A stretch of DNA of 64,000 bases from the NCBI GenBank assembly GCA_949286725.1, contig CASECZ010000002.1, forward strand, positions 348,635 through 412,634, given 5' to 3'. Made by a program: the position numbers and the translations under genes. The notes beneath the pieces are model-generated. The model was not told the DNA's origin. It searched no databases and saw only the letters and a program-made list of their open reading frames with translations. Below are positions 20,101 to 30,982 of this stretch, piece after piece (positions within the stretch are counted from its first letter, which is position 1; each line of letters opens with the position of its first letter). The stretch is from an uncultured Clostridia bacterium. Lineage in GTDB: Bacteria; Bacillota; Clostridia; Christensenellales; CAG-917.

Positions 20101-23100
20101 CGTGAATCCTTCCGGTGTCAAGTTCACGTACAGTGACGAGAAAGGCAACTCCTATGCCTATGTCCAGCTGGACGAAAACGGCAACGTCAGACTGCACGAC
20201 GTAAAAGCAACCGGATTGGAAATCAGCGCAAGCGACAACATAAACGCAAACAACTACAATATCGACCTTACCGTTGGCGGCACGGGCACGGGCAACGTGG
20301 ATTCCGTGTTCGAAGCGCTCGTTCCTCTGAATCCCATCGTGCTGGATATCAACCTCAGCGAAATCAACATCGCCGATAAGGTTTACGACGGTACGAACAA
20401 TGCTGAAATCGAGGACCTCAAACTCACCGATTACGGCGCGCTTGAAGCAGACGACATCCACTTCGCACTCGACGTCGTCATCAACGACAACAATCCCAAC
20501 GCGTCTGACGTCATGTACAATGTCAAGGCGTCCAACCCCAGACTGACCAGCGGCAATGCCGGTGTGCTGGCAAGTTACACCATCAAAAATCTTGCGGAGC
20601 TCACCGGCACGATCAAGGAAAAGGCGAAGATCAATCCCGCGCCTCTGGCTGTCGAATTCGACCTCGCAAAGACCTATGACGGTTATCAGTACGGCAACAT
20701 CGACGTGGACTACACGCTGACGGGCTTCGTGAGCGAGGCGGAAAGAAATTCCTATTCCGTCACGACTGCCGTGTCCGCGTTCAACGGTGCGGACGTTGCC
20801 AAAGACGCCGACACCGTAATCGCGAAGGACGGTTGGGTGTACGGATTCAACCTTGTCAACGACGACAAGAGCATCATGAACTATTATCTTGTTTATGCAA
20901 GTCTTGCAGGCGACGAAAATGCGATAACCGACACGGGCAACCTGCCTCTGGGCGACGAAAGCGGTCAGGCACTGTACTACTATGCCTTTACGAAAGAGGC
21001 TTATAAGGTCAAGAGCGGCGAACTCGTCACCAGCGGCGAAAATGCCGAAAAGACGCCTGTTCAGGCAGTGTACAAGGAAGGCGGTATCGAATACAGCGTG
21101 TTCAACGCCGCGCCGACCTCTACGACCGCATACAAGGTCATCAACGTGGCCGACGCAAGCGGTATAATCACTCCCGCCGACATTAATTACGACGTAAGGG
21201 TGCACGATACGACTCCGTTCACGAAAGTGTTCGACGACAGCGCGGCAACGAGCGGTTGGAAGTATAAAGCAGGCGCCTCCGACAACACCTTCGATTTCGA
21301 CCTGAAAGGTCAGTACGGATTTGTCATCGGCGACGTATCCGTGTTCTATACGTCCGTCAACGTCGGCAACGCAATCGGCGTAACGTTCAGAATCGATACT
21401 TTCACCGTAAACGGCAGCGACGCTGCGGAATTCAATCCCAACAACTACAACCTGCTGACCAGTGGTACGACCATCAACATCGGCAAGATTACGCCTGCGG
21501 CACTTGACGTTGCGCTCGTAACCGAGTCCGAGGACGGGGCGGTGCACTTCACCTACGGCGACGCGCACGTCTATGCCTACACCTACTCCTTCGGCGGCAA
21601 GGAAGTCATCCTCGCCAAGGACGCTGACGGCAAGGTCTACGGCTATGTCCTTGCCGAGGAATACGCAGGGGCGGGCTTCAAGGGCACCGACACCGCAAGC
21701 AGACTTTACAACAGAACCGGCACCGGTTTCGAAGCGGCGCAGAACGGGCTGTACGTGCGTCTGAACGGAACCTTTACGGAAGGTATGTTGCCTGCAAACG
21801 AAAAGGATATCGTAAACGCGGGCGAATACACCGTGACTTCGCTCACTCCTTCCGCGACGAACTTCAATTACCATGTGGTGAACGGCAAAGTCGTCGTCGA
21901 CAAAGCCGCACTCGAAGTCGGCGTCAACAATGTGCTGTCCAAGGAATTCGGCAACAACGCATATCCCAACATCGACTTCAAGATCACCGAAGGCGCGCTC
22001 AAACTCAAAGACACCGAGAAGGGCATCTTCGCCTTGCTCAACACGGGTGCCAAGTATCAGCTTGCCACCGTGACGGACGGAACGACGAGTTACGGTGACG
22101 CCGTGGTCGCAAACTCCATGATAAGTGCGGATCTTGCGGACAACCAGTTCTACGCGCTCGTCCTGACCAACGCGCTCGCCAACTACGACGTCAAACTCGA
22201 CAAGGATTACGAACTGACGGTAGTGCTTCCCGTGCTTACGGGAATAAGCTCCATAGGTTCCAGCTTCGAGCGTCCTTACGACGGAACGACGACCGACGAC
22301 GCGGAAGCCTTCGCAAGCCGCTATATCAAAGGTTTGCAGGCGGGTGACATCATCGCACTGTCCTGGGGCGACGGAGTGACCGCAAAGAACGCGGGCAGCT
22401 ACAACTGGGTCTTCACCGTTACCAGAGCGCTCGGCAAAGACGCAAGCGGCACCAAGGATTATTCGATAACCGCCGAAGTGAGCGGCGAATACACCATTAC
22501 GCCCGTCAACATCACCGTGTCCACGACGCAGAGCCTCGACTTCACCTACAACGGGGAGGGTCAGACCCTCGATATGAGCAAAGTCATCGTCGACGGCGCG
22601 CTCGAAGCGGACAAGGAAGGCGTTAAGAACGCACTCGTCATCTCCTACGTACGCGGTCAGGAAGTGCTTGCCCAGATGCTCAACGCAAGTGCCTACACCA
22701 TCTTCTACGGATTTGCAGACGGCACCGACTACGGCACGAACTACAACGTCATCGACAAGATCGGTCTCGTGACGGTCAAGCGTGCCACCATCGACGTGAG
22801 CGTCGATCCCGACAGCAAGAACTGGATACTCGGCAGCGATAACGCAGGCAACATCGGCATTTCCTTCACCGTGCCTGCCGGATTCGACAAAGCCGACTTC
22901 ACCGTTGTGTACGAATCCGTCAACACGGGCAAAGTGAGCAGCATTGACCAGGCGGGCTCCTACTCCTACACCATCAACTATAACGACCCCAACTACTCGG
23001 TCAGATACGGCAGCGGCAACATCTCCGTGCTCGTCGGCGAAGTGTCCTTCGTGATCGACGACACCACATACGCAACCGTCAGGTTCGCAGACCCCGTCGC

Positions 23101-23740
23101 GGTGGCATACACGCTCTCATATAGAGAACTCAGCAACACCAGCGACGAGATCGGCAAGGCATACTGGCAATTCGTCGACAACTACGTGCGCGGCAACATG
23201 AGCGACAGCAACAACGACGCAGTCACCGAAGGCGTGCTCGCAGTCACCCTGATGAACGGTGCCACCGAAGTGCACAGACTCGATCAGCAGATGACGGTGA
23301 CGGTCAGCCTGCCCGCAAGCATGACGTCCATGGACGGCTACCGTGCGTACTACGTCAGCTCCGACGGACAACTTGTCGAGATCACCGACTACACCGTGAA
23401 CGGCTCCGACTTCACTTATTCGACGGATTACATCTCCAACCTCGTGTTCGTGAAGATGATGCCCGTGGCACTTCCGTTCTGGATCTGGATCCTGATTGCG
23501 GTGCTCGCACTGCTCATCATCCTTGCCATCATCCTTGCGGTGGTCCTGTCCAAGAAGAGCAAGAAGAAGGAATTCGTGCCCGCACCCGAAGCGGCTGCAC
23601 CCGCACCCGCTCCCGTCGAGCAGCCCGCCGAAATGGCGGACGCCGCGGCAGACGTCGAGGAGATCATAGAGTACTACGATCCCAACCGTCCCAACGTGGT
23701 GGGCAAGAACAAGAAACCGCCCATAATCGGCATTCGCTGA
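14129..23740 (+). CDS. Giant (3,203-aa) tail-anchored cell-surface protein with >=15 MBG/YDG-type repeats (putative adhesin)
   Basis: Start at ATG 14129 with GAGGTG RBS. Signal/anchor helix FGILAMAFALVFALVISGG. Ig-like module starts VDNITPS, IDKIAPDA, IDYTDPEKP. Repeated ..Y.ITP..LT/V..(K.YDGT/YG.) units, for example YTVTPRPLTITFDSAQKEYGAADP and INPAPLAVEFDLAKTYDGY. C-terminal TM helix LPFWIWILIAVLALLIILAIILAVVL followed by a KKSKKK tail. No LPXTG motif. Confidence 0.9.
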   Translation: MRNNRNSSRNFFVTATRFGILAMAFALVFALVISGGIFDITASSDNVALADDEVNNTAPVHGVNDLSVDQLPAYPTTDESGLSTWELTVNIGSITTQSITYFFDYTYSGIGSVTGGTGGYTILSDTKNWGWSFFCGVNYEIPQLARTLVSYGYTVKATVSATYNSSDGSSNPNGYLMQLNSGTVTAKSNGYANRYTTYEGDNGSYNTDVVKSSTLTLNSSSNYIYIGYYEKRSVQTAVDVQVKNINVKYTITKQNDNAAPQITAFGNYSDSIGYVEGKSWAPADSVLANSINQTISELRAKELDPTVSDYYASNSIILNSYRNTPINTINDKSYYKRLTLTLYDYYGVPIKNEEGEITGYNLNRGTNASSDCAGIRRILIGEQEVDILRGAFSLNTEFYSEEDDSVAAGYATVSINSNRLTATIDLYFYTNAVFDITVVDSTNNSMKKAVTVSGIDYTDPEKPNMTSDVSYFGTDGAIGFEELNWYLENRISEDYFAYDGIMNELTEDFSPYLWYYAVKYSPTMPAKGSDWFTPDAVSISSASYPFQISTMSDSFGFNYDFATGLARNNATPLNGVAGPTGIGYYLFTFYAMDLAGNVCDESTTYFVKVDNITPSTTIEVSTGDENGYNPILKEDNGNWTNKNIRINVSWDLNLSGNQITFAFDESYVVFIRQGIDGKYHIAQITQEGSPVTFDTETDKYVHKVGEEIVFELKFTETSGKGQLEITFTGCDVVGEFLYNGFSQFIVYSDGDNKDAETGLSSTDNSWVYNGINGTIGLRIDKIAPDAAQITYGDKTVSEYFNAISGDVLAVPDARVWYTSAEWSVSALLKILSEDDVVLGNLTETDFANLHVKVWNYTDINEIATIKLSDLFAAAEGNLVNYTYTLGEILDNNVFIDLDPDDAKLAGLRVVVLQVEDAAGNVSDYTAYTMLVDGNDYEIEAVLKEMTDLELGDIGFVFRGEDGRAKTTFKRGEWSQLVIQGLAENLVPYEIYKDNYTDDPFLMYKSTTSPLSKVFYNDAIVEEGYVRVNSSNANIIELCIDRSDSIANLPFADQGKAQVTISFREVVTVAVTKTSVEYKGAETVPPVSISNLDADKLIQMKFYKDGELVVDNEGKPVAPANVGEYELEVYLADSDTYVADEVKIKYSIIPGNIIITVHGTGVYGDDVSFTVDIVKPDSLVFVSEGKFALVDKNLNVGKYAIKKTEDYVLNDSDKNNYNITYILGDYTVTPRPLTITFDSAQKEYGAADPATYTFTVDGLGNLVLDSSIFGGATVADGKVSVSSAFVTRETNVNKYGNDNVGTYKFTGVDTAALGLNPNFTLSLAHEQGALEIAKRSITVRAIAGQVFNDANSKKVLFEIVSEDDKEFGRELVGKYLHIGSMISDGVYSVRPGDLLSLHNFDVELDELINVSVVTGDNVVVFDFTQQTALSVPFGTTFNPSVLTNASNYNRTNFGSGFKVTLKAEIVGYDTAAVDKFANGAGSYRIVMSVLSYVDPNNTDVKDSYNFVFTNCDYLTVTPAKVTVTPALVNNSKVYGDVDNWTFTYNYSGSIIDAGYVPAANAVGGTIVRALYRADGTFVQVGGQFDRVTTNGTVSAQGHYYGAYVLEPLYSNDGNVTFTLNETAFAALRFEITPKAINIDDATFLGKDKNFDGTSYVIFKGEEEKRSAINIAGQLAQITDDVWVDFVANYVDGAEQEASVAGTYSIRFHDFALKGAAAGNYVLEGSLTHLLSGPFTISGSGTVTIQITKNDFTISKEYDGTTALSIDDIEISISSALCGLDVRLEAGSSFVSKNVGETISIGNMVLRIVGVNRSMFEDKSEDADIVYQADGNDTLIVVSNAYGTISKRMISLSEITLDVPAEKYYDGTKSVTVGVSLAGTVLQTGDDFASLGISFPATVPDKNVQGDKNNPTAQTVTFGEPVLTNTNYGFSFTAADINAAKKANVTIKPAVLSIDFSYDENDVVYDGSDEVSITVNGIKVEQGAIPEGEEIAIVNPSGVKFTYSDEKGNSYAYVQLDENGNVRLHDVKATGLEISASDNINANNYNIDLTVGGTGTGNVDSVFEALVPLNPIVLDINLSEINIADKVYDGTNNAEIEDLKLTDYGALEADDIHFALDVVINDNNPNASDVMYNVKASNPRLTSGNAGVLASYTIKNLAELTGTIKEKAKINPAPLAVEFDLAKTYDGYQYGNIDVDYTLTGFVSEAERNSYSVTTAVSAFNGADVAKDADTVIAKDGWVYGFNLVNDDKSIMNYYLVYASLAGDENAITDTGNLPLGDESGQALYYYAFTKEAYKVKSGELVTSGENAEKTPVQAVYKEGGIEYSVFNAAPTSTTAYKVINVADASGIITPADINYDVRVHDTTPFTKVFDDSAATSGWKYKAGASDNTFDFDLKGQYGFVIGDVSVFYTSVNVGNAIGVTFRIDTFTVNGSDAAEFNPNNYNLLTSGTTINIGKITPAALDVALVTESEDGAVHFTYGDAHVYAYTYSFGGKEVILAKDADGKVYGYVLAEEYAGAGFKGTDTASRLYNRTGTGFEAAQNGLYVRLNGTFTEGMLPANEKDIVNAGEYTVTSLTPSATNFNYHVVNGKVVVDKAALEVGVNNVLSKEFGNNAYPNIDFKITEGALKLKDTEKGIFALLNTGAKYQLATVTDGTTSYGDAVVANSMISADLADNQFYALVLTNALANYDVKLDKDYELTVVLPVLTGISSIGSSFERPYDGTTTDDAEAFASRYIKGLQAGDIIALSWGDGVTAKNAGSYNWVFTVTRALGKDASGTKDYSITAEVSGEYTITPVNITVSTTQSLDFTYNGEGQTLDMSKVIVDGALEADKEGVKNALVISYVRGQEVLAQMLNASAYTIFYGFADGTDYGTNYNVIDKIGLVTVKRATIDVSVDPDSKNWILGSDNAGNIGISFTVPAGFDKADFTVVYESVNTGKVSSIDQAGSYSYTINYNDPNYSVRYGSGNISVLVGEVSFVIDDTTYATVRFADPVAVAYTLSYRELSNTSDEIGKAYWQFVDNYVRGNMSDSNNDAVTEGVLAVTLMNGATEVHRLDQQMTVTVSLPASMTSMDGYRAYYVSSDGQLVEITDYTVNGSDFTYSTDYISNLVFVKMMPVALPFWIWILIAVLALLIILAIILAVVLSKKSKKKEFVPAPEAAAPAPAPVEQPAEMADAAADVEEIIEYYDPNRPNVVGKNKKPPIIGIR

Positions 23741-23756
23741 TTGAAACCACAAACGA

Positions 23757-23790
23757 AACCCTTGCCCGTCGGGCAAGGGTTTTTTGTTTG
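23757..23790 (+). terminator. Intrinsic terminator after the giant gene
   Basis: aacccttgccc/gggcaagggtt 11-bp stem followed by ttttgttt. Confidence 0.8.
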
Positions 23791-23982
23791 CATAGGAAAC
23801 GACGCGCCGAAAAGACGCGTCGAAAGGTCGAATGGGGAAGACGCATCGGAAATGCACGTCGAAAACATTGTTAAAGGGGCATCGGATTGTGTGTCCGAAA
23901 TCGCGTCGACATGCGTCGCGATGCACGCAAACGGCGCAAAAGACGCGGCGCGTTCGTGCGGAAAATTCTTGATTTTTACATC

Positions 23983-24011
23983 TTGCGTGCGCGCGTATGT
24001 TATAGTATAAT
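23983..24011 (+). promoter_or_regulatory. Sigma-70-like promoter for rpiB and the V-ATPase operon
   Basis: TTGCGT-17 nt-TATAAT, 30 nt upstream of the rpiB ATG. Confidence 0.5.
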
Positions 24012-24040
24012 TATTATAATATCTACGGGGGTTTAACCTT

Positions 24041-24493
24041 ATGTATAAAGTTGCCATAGGCTGCGATCACGGCGGCATAGTGCTCAAAGACAGCGTAATT
24101 GCCGCATTGAAGGAACTCGGCGCGGAAGTCGTCGATTTCGGGACCTATTCCACCGAGTCCGTCGACTATCCCGTTTACGGGCTGAAAGTTGCCGAAGCGG
24201 TTGCTTCGGGCGAATGCGACGCGGGCGTGCTGATGTGCGGCACGGGCATCGGCATCTCCATTTCCGCAAACAAGGTCAAAGGGATACGCGCGGCGGTTAC
24301 GACGAACGCGTTTATGGCGGAGATGACCAAAAGGCACAACAACGCCAACATCATCGCGCTCGGTGGCAGAGTAATTACCCCCGAGGAAGCACAAACTATC
24401 GTAAAAGCGTGGTACACGGCGGAATACGAAGGCGGCAGACACCAAAAGAGGCTGGATATGATTTCCGCCATCGAGGATAAGTATTTCAAATAA
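24041..24493 (+). CDS. rpiB: Ribose-5-phosphate isomerase B
   Basis: 150 aa. MYKVAIGCDHGG and active-site region LMCGTGIGISISANK. Confidence 0.93.
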   Translation: MYKVAIGCDHGGIVLKDSVIAALKELGAEVVDFGTYSTESVDYPVYGLKVAEAVASGECDAGVLMCGTGIGISISANKVKGIRAAVTTNAFMAEMTKRHNNANIIALGGRVITPEEAQTIVKAWYTAEYEGGRHQKRLDMISAIEDKYFK

Positions 24494-24502
24494 CGAGGTC
24501 GT

Positions 24503-24823
24503 ATGATTGAAGAAGTTCTCAAAGAGATAAAAGAGGCGGAGGAGCAAGCCGAGGAAAAGCGCAGAGAAGCGTTTGCCAAGGGCAAGGAAATTGTCCTGAG
24601 TGCCGAAGCCGAGGCGGAAAGGCAGAAGAAGATGACTGTCGAGCAGTGCAAAGCGGATATGAAAGCCGCGCTTGCCGCTGCCGAAGCCGAGGCTGCCTCC
24701 CGTCGTACCGCCATTCTGGAAGAGGGCGAAAAATCCGCCGCTGCGCTTGCGGCATCCAAAAAGAAACAGATTGAAAAAGCGGCTGACGAACTGCTTGCCG
24801 CTTTTGTCGGGAAATACAGCTGA
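24503..24823 (+). CDS. ntpF: V-type ATPase small coiled-coil stalk subunit (E. hirae NtpF / subunit G-like)
   Basis: 106-aa Ala/Glu/Lys-rich helical protein. It is the first gene of an operon with the same order as E. hirae ntpFIKECGABD. Confidence 0.6.
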   Translation: MIEEVLKEIKEAEEQAEEKRREAFAKGKEIVLSAEAEAERQKKMTVEQCKADMKAALAAAEAEAASRRTAILEEGEKSAAALAASKKKQIEKAADELLAAFVGKYS

Positions 24824-24826
24824 CGT

Positions 24827-27345
<2,519 letters not shown>

Positions 27346-27346
27346 T

Positions 27347-27922
27347 ATGTCCAAAGAAGCCATAATCGAAAAAATCCTGTCCGACGCAGACGTACAGGCG
27401 CGGACAACAGTCGAAGAAGCGGAAAAGAAAGCGGACGAAATTCTCGCACTCGCCGCAGAGCAGTGCAAGAGTTATCTCGCCAAGAGCAAAAGCGAGACCG
27501 ACCGCGCCGTCAAAGAGGTTGCCGAACGCGCCGAAACCGTCGCGGAACTGGACGCAAGGAAAATGCTGCTGCGAGCAAAATCCGCCGTACTCGACGAGGT
27601 GTTCGCGCTGGCGCTCGAAAAGGCGCGCGCGCTGGACAAAGCCACCTACAAAAAGATTATCGTCGGCATGCTCAATTTCGCGGAAAACGGGGATAAAGTC
27701 ACCGTTTCGGCACGTGAAAAGGGCATTGTGACGAAAAAGCTCGTTGACGACGTCGCAAAAGCGAAGGGGATAAAGCTCACGCTGAACGACAAGGAAGGCG
27801 ACTTCGACGGCGGCATAATTCTGACTTCGGACGGCATCGACAAGAACTTCACTCTCGACGTGGAGTTCGCCTTGTTGCGTGACGCCGCCGAAGCGGAAAC
27901 GGCAAAGAAAATCTTCGGTTGA
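27347..27922 (+). CDS. ntpE: V-type ATPase subunit E
   Basis: 191 aa with an N-terminal coiled coil and a C-terminal globular part. Supported by position in the operon. Confidence 0.8.
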   Translation: MSKEAIIEKILSDADVQARTTVEEAEKKADEILALAAEQCKSYLAKSKSETDRAVKEVAERAETVAELDARKMLLRAKSAVLDEVFALALEKARALDKATYKKIIVGMLNFAENGDKVTVSAREKGIVTKKLVDDVAKAKGIKLTLNDKEGDFDGGIILTSDGIDKNFTLDVEFALLRDAAEAETAKKIFG

Positions 27923-27923
27923 T

Positions 27924-28898
27924 ATGTCTGACAAATTCATCTACCAGAACGCCCGAATAAAATCGATGGAGTCACGCTTGCTCGGCGCGCAGCAGTTGCA
28001 ACGGCTTGCGGAGGCTTCTTCCGTGCGCGAAATTCAGAAGATGCTCGGCGAGACGGGTTTCGGTGCGTCCGCGGCGGGCGATGGCGTCGGCGTGGACAGA
28101 CTTATCGAGGCAGAGGAGAAAAACGCGCTCGCGCTGCTCAAAGAGTTCGATGCGGACGGCGCGCTTACGGCATTCGTTCTCGAAGCCGATTATCTCAACC
28201 TCAAAGCGTTGCTCAAAGCGTCCGTGACGGGGGAGAAAAATCCCGTGCTCGGTGCGGAAGGGCTTTACACCGCGGAGGAACTGCGCGCGGCAATCGAAAC
28301 GGACAGCCGCTTTTTGCGACCGCATATGGCAGAGGCGGTGAACGCCGTCGAAAAACTGGCGGCGGAGGGCAGGCTCACTCCGCACGGTATCGACTGCACC
28401 GTGGACAGGGCAATGTATAAGGACGTGTCCGAAGTTGCGGGCAAGGGCGGGAAATACGTGGCGGATTATTTCCGTTTCAAGACCGATTGCGTCAACATTT
28501 CCACCTTCCTGCGGTGCAAGAAACTCGGGCTGTCAGAGAAACTCTTTCAGGAAAACTTTATGTCGGGCGGCACGCTCGACGAGGCGTTCTTCCTGTCCGT
28601 TTACGAGGGCACGACGGACGTCTTCCGCGACAAGTGCAAATACACGCCGTACAGAGAACTCGTCGAACTCGTGACCGAGGGCGGCTCGCTTACGGCTTTC
28701 GAAGTGGCGGTCGACAACATACTGCTCGATATGTGGAGGGAGCGCAAAGACGATATGTTCTCCTGCGCGCCCGTCGTGGGGTTCTATTTTGCCAAGCTTG
28801 CCGAAATCAAGTCGGTCAAACTGATTTACGCAGGCGTAAAGAACAGCGTCGAGCCCCGTTTAATCAAAGAAAGGATGCGTGAATGTTATGGTGCGTGA
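27924..28898 (+). CDS. ntpC: V-type ATPase subunit C (d-subunit)
   Basis: Starts MSDKFIYQNARIKSMESRLL, one nt after the ntpE stop. 324 aa helical protein. The track's 15-codon extension is rejected. Confidence 0.85.
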   Translation: MSDKFIYQNARIKSMESRLLGAQQLQRLAEASSVREIQKMLGETGFGASAAGDGVGVDRLIEAEEKNALALLKEFDADGALTAFVLEADYLNLKALLKASVTGEKNPVLGAEGLYTAEELRAAIETDSRFLRPHMAEAVNAVEKLAAEGRLTPHGIDCTVDRAMYKDVSEVAGKGGKYVADYFRFKTDCVNISTFLRCKKLGLSEKLFQENFMSGGTLDEAFFLSVYEGTTDVFRDKCKYTPYRELVELVTEGGSLTAFEVAVDNILLDMWRERKDDMFSCAPVVGFYFAKLAEIKSVKLIYAGVKNSVEPRLIKERMRECYGA

Positions 28899-29217
28899 CG
28901 GCATAGCTGTGGTGGGAGACAAGGACTCCGTCCTCGCGTTCAAGGCGATAGGACTGGACGTTTTCCCCGTTGAGGGCGAAATGGAGGCGCGCGAGAAGGT
29001 AAAGCAACTCGCCCGCACTTATTCCGTCATTTTCGTCACCGACCAGATTGCGGCGCAGATAAGTTCTCTTATCGCCCGCTACAAGGCGCGCCCTTATCCC
29101 GTGGTCGTTCCCATTCCCTCCGCCGAAGGCAATTCGGGGTTCGGAATGAAAGGTATAAAAGCCGATGTCGAAAAGGCAATCGGCGCGGATATTCTGTTTG
29201 ATAGAGAGGACAACTAA
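28888..29217 (+). CDS. ntpG: V-type ATPase subunit F (E. hirae NtpG)
   Basis: [28 protein letters not shown] is the typical F-subunit N-terminus. The ATG at 28888 overlaps the end of ntpC; GTG 28879 is an alternative start. Confidence 0.85.
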   Translation: MVRDGIAVVGDKDSVLAFKAIGLDVFPVEGEMEAREKVKQLARTYSVIFVTDQIAAQISSLIARYKARPYPVVVPIPSAEGNSGFGMKGIKADVEKAIGADILFDREDN

Positions 29218-30980
29218 TGCAAGTCGGAAAAATTGTCAAGGTTTCTGGCCCGCTGATTATCGCCGAAAATATGGCGGACAGCAAGATTAACGACGTTGTG
29301 CGCGTCAGCGAAAAGCAGCTCATCGGTGAAATCATCGAACTGAGAGGCGACCTCGCGTCCATTCAGGTCTACGAGGAGACGAGCGGTCTCGGCCCCGGCG
29401 AAAACGTGTATTCCACGGGTGCGCCCCTTTCCGTCGAACTCGCTCCCGGTCTTATCGAAAGCATATTCGACGGCATACAGCGTCCGCTGTCCAAACTGCG
29501 CGAAGTGTCCGGCGACCGTATCGCGCGCGGCGTTTCCGTCAACGCCATCGACCACGAAAAGAAGTGGGACTTCGTGCCCGTTGCGGCAAAGGGCGACAAG
29601 GTGAGCGCGGGCAGCGTGCTCGGTACGGTTCAGGAAAACGTGCTGGTGCTCCACAAAATCATGGTGCCCGTCGGCATAGAAGGCACCGTCAAGGAAATAA
29701 AGAAAGGCAAGTTCAACATAGAGGAAACCGTGGCGGTGATTTCGACTGCTGACGGCGACAGGAAAATCTGCATGTTGCAGAAATGGCCCGTCCGTAAGGG
29801 CAGACCCTACGCCGAAAAACTCGCCCCCCGTTCTCCGCTGGTCACGGGGCAAAGGGTCATCGACACGTTGTTCCCGATTGCAAAAGGCGGCGTGGCGGCG
29901 GTTCCCGGTCCTTTCGGCAGCGGCAAAACCGTCGTTCAGCACCAGCTTGCGAAGTGGGCTGACGCGGACATCATCGTGTACGTCGGTTGCGGCGAACGCG
30001 GCAACGAGATGACGGACGTTCTGAACGAATTTCCCGAACTCGTCGACCCGCACAGCGGTCAACCGCTCATGAAGCGCACGGTGCTCATCGCAAACACGTC
30101 TGATATGCCCGTCGCAGCTCGCGAAGCGTCCATTTATACGGGCATTACGATTGCGGAATACTTCCGCGACATGGGTTATTCCGTCGCCATTATGGCGGAC
30201 TCCACCTCGCGCTGGGCGGAAGCGCTGCGCGAAATGAGCGGCCGCCTCGAAGAAATGCCCGGCGAAGAAGGTTACCCCGCATATCTTTCCTCCCGTCTTG
30301 CGGAGTTCTACGAAAGAGCGGGACTCGTCAAAGTTCTCGGCGGCAACGGCGTCGAAGGTTCGATTACGGCAATCGGCGCGGTTTCGCCTCCCGGCGGCGA
30401 CCTGTCCGAACCCGTCGCGCAGAGTACGTTGCGTATCGTCAAGGTCTTCTGGGGGCTGTCGGCGGCACTCGCGTACAAGCGTCATTTCCCCGCCGTCGAC
30501 TGGCTGACCAGCTACTCGCTGTACGCCGACAGGCTCGGCGACTGGTATTCCGAGAACGTGGGCGACGAGTGGCTCGCCCTGCGTGCCGCGGCGATGAGAA
30601 TTCTGCAAGAGGAAGCGTCGCTGGACGAGATCGTGCGACTGGTCGGTATGGACGCGCTGTCGCCTTATGACCGTCTTACCATGGAAACGGCGAAGTCCAT
30701 TCGCGAAGACTATCTGCACCAGAACGCCTTCCACGAAGTGGACACCTATTCGTCCTTGCAGAAACAGGAGCGTATGCTCGGCGCGATTATGACGTTCAAC
30801 CGCCTCGCCAAAGAGGCTCTCGACAAGAACGTCGACATTGAGGATATAGTTGAACTGCCCGTGAAGGAGCAGATAGGCAGAGCAAAGTACATTCCCGAGG
30901 AAAATATGGATAAGTTCGACGAACTCAACGCCGAAATCAAGAAGGAAATCCAAGCGCTCTCCGACGAAGGAGGAATGTGA
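29217..30980 (+). CDS. ntpA: V-type ATPase catalytic subunit A
   Basis: 587 aa. Walker [20 protein letters not shown]. No intein-sized insertion. Confidence 0.97.
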   Translation: MQVGKIVKVSGPLIIAENMADSKINDVVRVSEKQLIGEIIELRGDLASIQVYEETSGLGPGENVYSTGAPLSVELAPGLIESIFDGIQRPLSKLREVSGDRIARGVSVNAIDHEKKWDFVPVAAKGDKVSAGSVLGTVQENVLVLHKIMVPVGIEGTVKEIKKGKFNIEETVAVISTADGDRKICMLQKWPVRKGRPYAEKLAPRSPLVTGQRVIDTLFPIAKGGVAAVPGPFGSGKTVVQHQLAKWADADIIVYVGCGERGNEMTDVLNEFPELVDPHSGQPLMKRTVLIANTSDMPVAAREASIYTGITIAEYFRDMGYSVAIMADSTSRWAEALREMSGRLEEMPGEEGYPAYLSSRLAEFYERAGLVKVLGGNGVEGSITAIGAVSPPGGDLSEPVAQSTLRIVKVFWGLSAALAYKRHFPAVDWLTSYSLYADRLGDWYSENVGDEWLALRAAAMRILQEEASLDEIVRLVGMDALSPYDRLTMETAKSIREDYLHQNAFHEVDTYSSLQKQERMLGAIMTFNRLAKEALDKNVDIEDIVELPVKEQIGRAKYIPEENMDKFDELNAEIKKEIQALSDEGGM

Positions 30981-30982
30981 TT

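Noticed and set aside
16337-21874. 1,845-codon minus-strand ORF inside the giant surface-protein gene
   Set aside because: It is entirely antisense to the repeat region, which has strong codon bias, a signal peptide, repeats and an anchor on the plus strand. Its product is V/R/G/D/H-rich filler. There is no RBS or promoter context.
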